NCBI RefSeq assembly: GCF_001194135.2
Contig: NC_068989.1
Coordinates: 21,507,566-21,548,498 of the forward strand
DNA length: 40,933 bases
Direction: 5' to 3'
Origin: Octopus bimaculoides
Lineage: Eukaryota
Positions 32,999-40,933 of the stretch are shown here, piece by piece. The translations under genes and the position numbers were made by a program. Every line of letters begins with the position of its first letter. Positions within the stretch are counted from its first letter, which is position 1. Under the pieces are notes generated by a model. The model did no database searches. It was not told the origin of the DNA and saw only the letters and a program-made list of their open reading frames with translations.

Positions 32999-34402
32999 TT
33001 AAATCAGACACAAAAAACCTTTTTTTTTCTTTGTTTTTTTTTTTAATAGTCGTATGAGTTTTCATGCATACAAATTCGCAAAATTTTCTGAAAATTCCAA
33101 AAACTAGAAAAACTTATGAGATGTTACATGCGCTACTTAAAGCAGAATTCCACCTGGCTCTCTTCCTGATATATTTATACACCATGCAGTTAAAGAGAAA
33201 AGACTATTGAAATTAGTCATTACTCCTTTGGCCCCAGTTTAGACATCAGTTTTTGAAAATTGAAAATTATCAAATTAGACATTAGTGTTGAAAAAAATTG
33301 ACTTGGAATCCAACAGAGAAAAGAATTTGGATTGTTTAAACATCAAAAATTATCTAGATATTTTATTAGCAACATCAATTACAATTTGGTCGAAGATGAG
33401 GAAAATTTTCTTGAAAAGGAGTACATATTACCTGACTGTTTCAAACTGTCACAACTGCAACAACTTTGGTGGGCAATTTTTACTCCCACAGATGATGCAA
33501 GAGTACAACATAGTGATGCAACACTTGCATTGTTTGAAACAGGTAGTAAGAAAATAACGAGATATTAGTAATTACTCATTTTGCCCCTGTTACCAATTTT
33601 ACCCCACTCTCCTGTAATTATTTCAAGTATTTGACAAAATGACGAAAAATATTGAAAAAAGCAATAACTCTAAAGCTGGGAAAAAATGCTTTGAACTGTT
33701 GTGACGTGTAATTATATAATTAAAACTAAATTCAAAATTTAATTTTAGGAACATATTACTGAGTTGCTCTTTTGTAAAATAAGCAGTTTTCAATGCCTCA
33801 CTGAAATAATGAAGTTTACAATGGCAATATGTGTATGCGTATTTGTTTGCATGTGTGTGTGTGTGTGGGGGGGAGTTTAATGCATTGCAAGTAATCTGAT
33901 GTATCTGAGCTAGATACAATAAATAACTTCTTTCTATTAATCTCTTTATCTATCTTTATATACACCCATACACACACTCTCTCTCTCTCTCTCTCTCTCC
34001 CTCTCTCTTTCACATACTCACACATAAACACACACACACACACACACAAACACAAACATTCACAGATGCATGCATCCATTTTTTGGAGTGATTTGTTGTT
34101 TTCTGTTAATGTCCGAAAAGGAACTACAATTAATTCCCATGGGAATTGGGGCTGCTTTAGAAATAGAGAATAGGTAGCAAAGTGGTTTTTCTTTTCAATT
34201 GAATGAATTGATGTTACTAATGTAGTTAAAGCTATGGTTATTGATCAAAAAAGAATATCCATTACATTTTTTTTTTAGATATGTCTTTTGTATTGAAAGA
34301 GAGCCTCTGCATGCAAGATTGCTGAGAGATGCCCTCTGTATTGAGCGCTACATACGCTTCATAGCAGGAGGGTCCAATATCTTTTGGATACCCGGGGGTT
34401 AA
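32999..34402 (+). repeat. Unclassified interspersed repeat, copy 2 (about 450 bp longer)
   Basis: Same blocks as 19411-20400 plus an extra segment at ~33300-33760; ends in GGGGGTTAA. Confidence 0.8.
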
Positions 34403-35649
34403 TGCTCTCTTCAACTCCCTATAAATCCGGCCCTGCAGCTACCTCCAAACCTACTGTATCTTTTACTGAATCTGCCACTATTACTACTTAGGCTAACACA
34501 ACAACGACTACAACAACCGATAGCATTGCTGCTACAGTAACTTATAGCCATTTCCTCTACAGTTACTATTACTAATAGCCACTCTAGCGCTGCTACCACT
34601 TCTAATAGCTGCACCTGTTTCTGCTGCTGCTGCTACTATGACCTAGCAACATTCACAAGGTAATTAAATTTCAGCATCATGTAATTTCTGTAAGAAAAAC
34701 GTGAACTAAAAGAACTGATATAATGAAAAGTCAATTCAATTTCAATTTATTTTCCCTTTTATTTCAGAATGACTAAATCATCTTTTTAAACGATTGAAAA
34801 TGCTAGCATATCTTGATAAAAATGTAAATATTTTCTTCCTTTTATCAATGATAAAGTTCTCAAAGCATTTTATTATTTTTTTTTGTCATGTGTATGTATG
34901 TATGCATATGCGTATGTGTGTGTTTGTATGTGCATGTGTGTGCACGTGTGTATATAGAGAAATATGTATATATATGTATTATGTATGTATGTATACACAC
35001 ACACACACATAAGAAAATAAGAAAATAGAGAGATAATCGAATCAATAATTATTTATTAATTATAAAATAGGACATCATCTCTGACAGCTGTTTCGATTCA
35101 GGACATTTAGAAATTCATTAGTATAATTAGAAACATTTTAAAGTTGAATCTCATCTGAGGTGGTTAAAGATATACCTTTAGATTTTCATGTTCCAGTGTG
35201 TTGAGTGTACGGCTCCAAACCGGTAACTGATATATGTTATATAGAAAGAACATGGTATGAACCCTACAAAGGGGAGGAAGGTAGTATATTTATCGAAGTT
35301 ATAATAAAAAATGAAGAAAGAAAAATAAAGAATAGGATATGGTATTAAAACAATATATTCTGTACCATATCCTATTCAATCTACGTTAAACTTAGTCATC
35401 CAAATAGAAAGATGGGAAATGTACCATCAAAATAAATGAACTGATTAACAACAGGCAGTTTTCTGTACCACATTAAAATAGAAAGTAACTCCAAAAGCAG
35501 GGGGCGAACATTTTTGTCTAAAACAAATTTATCATGAGTCCCATTACAGTGCCAGCAAGCATGCGAAACTTTTATCGATACTTCCTAGTAAGTTACTTTC
35601 TAAAAGTGCCACATGTAAAAATCGATAATATAAAGTAGAACTCTTATAG

Positions 35650-36720
35650 GAAATTATTTCAACTTTGCCTTAAAGCACTGGGGGTTTTAAAAAATCTGCC
35701 GGTTGCACAGCAACGTAAACATACACCAGTATCACAGTCCCGAAAAGCAAGTGTAAAGATTACAGTAAGATAGTTTGAAAATAGAGTCGGAGCAGAAGTA
35801 TTTGTTAGTTTACTAATGAAATTTGCTCTTGCTTTTGTACCATCAAAATATATACTGATTTTAGTGGACAGCCAACAGTTCTTCAATGCAGAGTGCATTT
35901 CTATTTACCGTATTAATACATTTCTACTGTAAATATTGCACAGTTAAAGTCACGTCCGCAGTCCGTTTCTCTGCTCTATGGCCACAATGACTTCCCAGTA
36001 AGACAGATGGATATACACGTGAGATAAGTTTATTCAGAAGATCCCTCGAAAATATCTTCCTACTGTGCAGAAACAATGAAATATTTCAATAGTGTCCACC
36101 TTCTACTTTGTTACTCGTATCCTCACACAGTAACAGTCTATTCCTGAGGAACAGGCAATTCCCCTGCCCCACCCCACATATCAAACTTCAACTATTAATC
36201 GGTGAATGGCAGCTGCGAGCTTATTACCTCCATATACAAGAATTTTCTGATGGGATTCAATCAACGCCGGAGGCAATACTATTTTTCGTTTCTTCAATAA
36301 TGTTATGGTCCATCGCTTGAATGATCATATTGCGGAGAAGGAAACTGGTTGTCTCTTCATTCAGGATCGAAGGATTTCTACAACGGTCCGTGAATTGTTT
36401 AGTACAGTGTTTCATAATATCGTTCGATTCGCGAAAGTACTTCGTTCCTTCTTTGTCAATAATGAGTGGCAGATGTGAATTTTGTAGCCCATGTACTTAT
36501 TCCATCAGATCATGTGTTACCAATAGCTTTCCTATCCGCTGTTGCCTGCATTTCAACAGCTTTTCCTGCCCATCAGCTGTCCTTCATTAATCTAATCTTA
36601 CACTGCAAGTTACCTTTCGTAGTAGCACCTCTATTTTCAGTGCATTTTTCAGAGTTACAGGAATATCCAATTTCAGGAGCTTACCAAACACTTTGTTCCT
36701 TTCTTGAACATCGCTTCAAA
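35650..36720 (-). mobile_element. RTE-clade LINE fragment (RT N-terminal half)
   Basis: WAGKAVEMQATADRK; ASGVD*IPSE..YGGNKLAAAIHRLI; GKIFSRDLLNKL..VL..SHCG.RAE motifs. Confidence 0.7.
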
Positions 36721-36954
36721 GTGAGCGTCAATTATAAGTGTATCTATATACATATGCACATATGTATACACCAAACGAGCGCACACGCACACATACATAC
36801 GCATGCATACATACATACATACATACATGCATATATACATGGATAAGCACGTCCATGCACACATGCATGTATACATATATCTATGTATGTAAGTGTGTAT
36901 GTATATATGTATGTATATACATTCATATATCTATCTACCTATAACTGTTAAAGA

Positions 36955-37005
<51 letters not shown>

Positions 37006-37444
37006 AAGGAGAGAAACAAATTTCAAAGGTCGGTGTATATATTCATTCAATCCATTTCAAATTATCGAAATTCTCTACAATATACAATATACATAGATGT
37101 GTTCACATATATATTATAATAACAAATGAAAAAATGTATTGTAAATAAATAATGACAAGGTAAAAAAAAACGCACAACGTATTCTGAGTGTACAACCGGA
37201 CGGGAGACAGACACAGAAGGTCCCTAATTCTTTATCAGTTATCAACCAGATGGTATTATTCAGATTCATACCTTCATTGATAAAACTGAGAACTCTCCAT
37301 GCTGGTGGTGCCCGCGATAGTTGCGGAGAATATAGGGAAGGCAAACAAAACCATACAGAGTGGACATACGAAATTGAATAAATGTAATTGGAGACGATGG
37401 ACAAAATTGTAAACTGTGACGAAAACGACAAAGATCCTAAGTAT

Positions 37445-37555
37445 CAGGCTTTAAAAAAAAAAGGCTTTGGGGTCTATTCATTCAACTAAAAATTCAAGGC
37501 GGCATCCCAGCATGGCCGCAATCTAATGACTAAAACAAGCAAAAGATAAAAGATA
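37445..37555 (+). mobile_element. SINE family A-related 3' tail
   Basis: AAGGCGG..CCAGCATGGCCGCA..AATGACTAAAACAAGCAAAAGATAAAAGA. Confidence 0.6.
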
Positions 37556-38437
37556 TATGCACCCTTTTAGGAAAACCCGATGAAGGTATGATTTAGCCCC
37601 AAACATTCGGTGGCAATAATGATTAAATTTGTAGCCCGAATAATTACAGAAGCTTCTGAGTTATCTTCTAGCTGGAATATCTTCAATAGGGCACTCTCCT
37701 ACTACAATGATGCTGTAGTTAATATCATCTTCAACGAAAAATTAGTCTATACAGATAAGGCCCTATCCACCACACACAATTTTCTTATTCTTAGAAACAG
37801 AAAGAGAAAAAAGAAATTAATCGGGATTAATTCGCTAAACAGACGAATAATATAATCAAAAGTTTCTGAACATTAAAAAGAGTTAATTCCTCATGCACAT
37901 ACAGATATCTTCTATCTTTTATCTTTTACTTGTTTCTCCCTCTTCTTGCTCTATTAGAGAATTTGAGTAAAATTATATTAATGTGTCCAACTGATTAAAA
38001 AATTCTATTTATTTGTGCAGCTGAGTATAGCCCTGCATTTAAATTGATGTAATGATTGCATTGTTAAATTAAATGGAGCCGCTTGAAACAGTCGTACTGC
38101 ATCACTTCTTGATATCCTGTTGCTTATTTTGATTTTATTCACCTTACTTTGAGTCGCAAGGATAATATCACACTAGCTTGGTGCCTCAACTTAAGTACCT
38201 AATTCAAATGAATCTCAATTATTTTTATATATATATATATATATGTATATNNNNNNNNNNNNNNNNNNNNNNNNNNNNNNNNNNNNNNNNNNNNNNNNNN
38301 NNNNNNNNNNNNNNNNNNNNNNNNNNNNNNNNNNNNNNNNNNNNNNNNNNNNNNNNNNNNNNNNNNNNNNNNNNNNNNNNNNNNNNNNNNNNNNNNNNNN
38401 NNNNNNNNNNNNNNNNNNNNNNNNNNNNNNNNNNNNN

Positions 38438-38468
<31 letters not shown>

Positions 38469-39219
38469 TAATTATGTATTGTTATATTAGCAATACATAA
38501 TTATACAAAAATTACAGATTATATATATATATAAAAGATAATAAGAGTGAAAAAACTACAGAAGGCTTGTGTTACATGGTTAAAGTATATATTTAAATTA
38601 TGTCAGAAAAATGTTAGAAAAATGTCATAAAATCTTTTTGGTATATAAACATTGTACTTTGAGAAATAACCCGTTTATATACCAATGTTTATATACCAAA
38701 AAGATTTTATAACATTTTTCCAACAATGCTAATAGTGGTATTAATGGTGAATAACAGAGAGAAGAAAAAAAAAAAGAGGAAAGAGGAAGACGCAGCAATA
38801 CCAGCCAGACTGAAACTTTTATTTGAATGTCTGTAGGATGGGGTGGGGGAGAAGAGAGAGAGAGAGAGAAAATGCGCGTGTGTGTGTGCGAGAGAAAGAG
38901 AGAGAGAGAGAGAGAGGATGAGTGTGTGGTTGGGGTGAGTAACGAGAATATATTTGATAGGAGTACGATTTTAAGAGACGATATACCTGAATGATATTTC
39001 TCCATGAATCGGGCCAGATTCTTATTCACGCGAAATTAATCGTTCTAGATTCAGATATTCCAATAGCATTACTTGGTTGACCTTGACATTTTTCAATAGC
39101 TTATGGAGCTTTCGTCCGTTACTGTTAACTTCATATTTTACAGCCATCAACATGCCCTTGCTTTTCTTCGCCTCCCTCTCTCCTGTGCTTATCCATCTCA
39201 ACATCATTATTATCATTAT

Positions 39220-39350
39220 GCTGCCGAGGTCGGCTTTGCCTTTCATCCTTTCGGGGTTCGATAAAATAAGTACCAGTTGAACACTGGGTCGATGTAATAG
39301 ACTCATTCCTTTCCCTAAAATTTCTACCCTTGTGGCAAAATTTGGAACCA
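39220..39350 (+). mobile_element. SINE family B, 5'-truncated
   Basis: GCCGAGGTCGGCTTTGCCTTTCATCCTTTCGGGGTTCGATAAAATAAGTACCAG. Confidence 0.85.
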
Positions 39351-40129
39351 TTATTTTTTTTTCGCCCTTTTCAAGCCTAGCCAAGCTCNNNNNNNNNNNN
39401 NNNNNNNNNNNNNNNNNNNNNNNNNNNNNNNNNNNNNNNNNNNNNNNNNNNNNNNNNNNNNNNNNNNNNNNNNNNNNNNNNNNNNNNNNNNNNNNNNNNN
39501 NNNNNNNNNNNNNNNNNNNNNNNNNNNNNNNNNNNNNNNNNNNNNNNNNNNNNNNNNNNNNNNNNNNNNNNNNNNNNNNNNNNNNNNNNNNNNNNNNNNN
39601 NNNNNNNNNNNNNNNNNNNNNNNNNNNNNNNNNNNNNNNNNNNNNNNNNNNNNNNNNNNNNNNNNNNNNNNNNNNNNNNNNNNNNNNNNNNNNNNNNNNN
39701 NNNNNNNNNNNNNNNNNNNNNNNNNNNNNNNNNNNNNNNNNNNNNNNNNNNNNNNNNNNNNNNNNNNNNNNNNNNNNNNNNNNNNNNNNNNNNNNNNNNN
39801 NNNNNNNNNNNNNNNNNNNNNNNNNNNNNNNNNNNNNNNNNNNNNNNNNNNNNNNNNNNNNNNNNNNNNNNNNNNNNNNNNNNNNNNNNNNNNNNNNNNN
39901 NNNNNNNNNNNNNNNNNNNNNNNNNNNNNNNNNNNNNNNNNNNNNNNNNNNNNNNNNNNNNNNNNNNNNNNNNNNNNNNNNNNNNNNNNNNNNNNNNNNN
40001 NNNNNNNNNNNNNNNNNNNNNNNNNNNNNNNNNNNNNNNNNNNNNNNNNNNNNNNNNNNNNNNAAAGACAGAGAGAAAAGGACAAAGTAAAAAATATAAA
40101 AGTAAACAAAGAAAATAAAGGGGGGGAGA

Positions 40130-40933
40130 AAATTTACAGCGACAATGCTCTTCCCAATATGTGTAACGTACCAGTTAAGACAATCTTTTGCACTTCCTGC
40201 ATGGATGGTAAGCCAGGGATCATAAATAATTTTCATCCCCTTTTTGATCAATCATTCCAAGTGCTTCTACAATCACTGGTATTGTAACCGTCTTGAGATG
40301 CTAAATCTTTTCGATTTCGATTAGCAAATCTTTATATTTTCTGAGTTTATCAAATTCTTTTGCCGAGATATTATGATCACAGGGTATGCTCATGTCAATC
40401 AATAAACAGACATTATTGTTTTGTTCTTTCACAACAATATCTGGTTTATTAGCTTTGATGGTCCGGTCTGTATATACTGGAAAGTCCCAAAGAATCGTTA
40501 GATTTTTTTCTCCCTCAGTTGCAACCTCAGGGTGGTGCTTGTACAATTTGTCAGCAGTTTTGATTTTATAATGCTGACACATTATTCATTGTAAATATTG
40601 GCCAACTCTGTCATGTCTTCATTCGTACTCTACAGGTGCTAAAACCTTACATCCAGAGATTAGGTGGTCCACTGTTTCAATCCCATCGTTGCAGTATCGG
40701 CACTTTCTGTCTACACCATTTTTCATTACATGGGCTTGATAGTTCCGAGACAATAAGCTCTGATCCTGAGCAACCAAGATAAAGTCTTCACTCTTTGCTT
40801 TTAGCCCTGAGCTCCATAGCCACTGATGGGTTTGTTTCTGGTCGACATCGGCTTGTTTGCTACGGGCCATAAATTTGCCATGCAGAGGTTTTGTTTCCAC
40901 CTATCAGCCAATTCTTCAAACGTATTTTTCTTT
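40130..40933 (-). mobile_element. R4/Dong-like non-LTR retrotransposon 3' end (CCHC knuckle plus REL endonuclease)
   Basis: KPLHGKF..QAQDQ-like VAQDQSLLSRNY..CRYCNDGIETVDHLISGC; TILWDFPVYTDRTIKANKPDIVV..LIDMSIPCD..KEFDKLRKYKDLLIEI. Stops and a frameshift present. Confidence 0.9.

Noticed and set aside
37180-37440. Possible minus-strand exon ending GAAG|GTATGA
   Set aside because: No recognisable protein, no clear acceptor and no partner exon.

Overview
AT-rich, repeat-saturated animal genomic DNA with 7 N-gaps. The SINE families and microsatellite load suggest a cephalopod, probably Octopus (inference). One host gene is supported: a minus-strand core-2/I-branching beta-1,6-GlcNAc transferase (GCNT/GT14). 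It has a TM-encoding exon at 14801-14972 spliced in phase 0 to a catalytic exon at 6147-6688; its 3' exons are not visible. The rest is mostly mobile DNA: three SINE families, R4/Dong-like and RTE-like LINE fragments, a Helitron 3' end, a young hAT element with perfect 8-bp TSDs, and Ty3/gypsy remnants. The standout is a deleted Ty3/gypsy element at 3091-5620, in the intron after the GCNT catalytic exon. Its RT-RNaseH-integrase core is replaced by an intronless ~900-bp fragment of a host SCLT1 mRNA, joined in frame to the pol linker, which is the structure expected of LTR-mediated gene capture. A tRNA-Met-like gene with a 21-nt anticodon-arm insert and a possible bidirectional promoter near 15240-15480 also merit checking. 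All protein and family assignments come from remembered motifs, not database searches.
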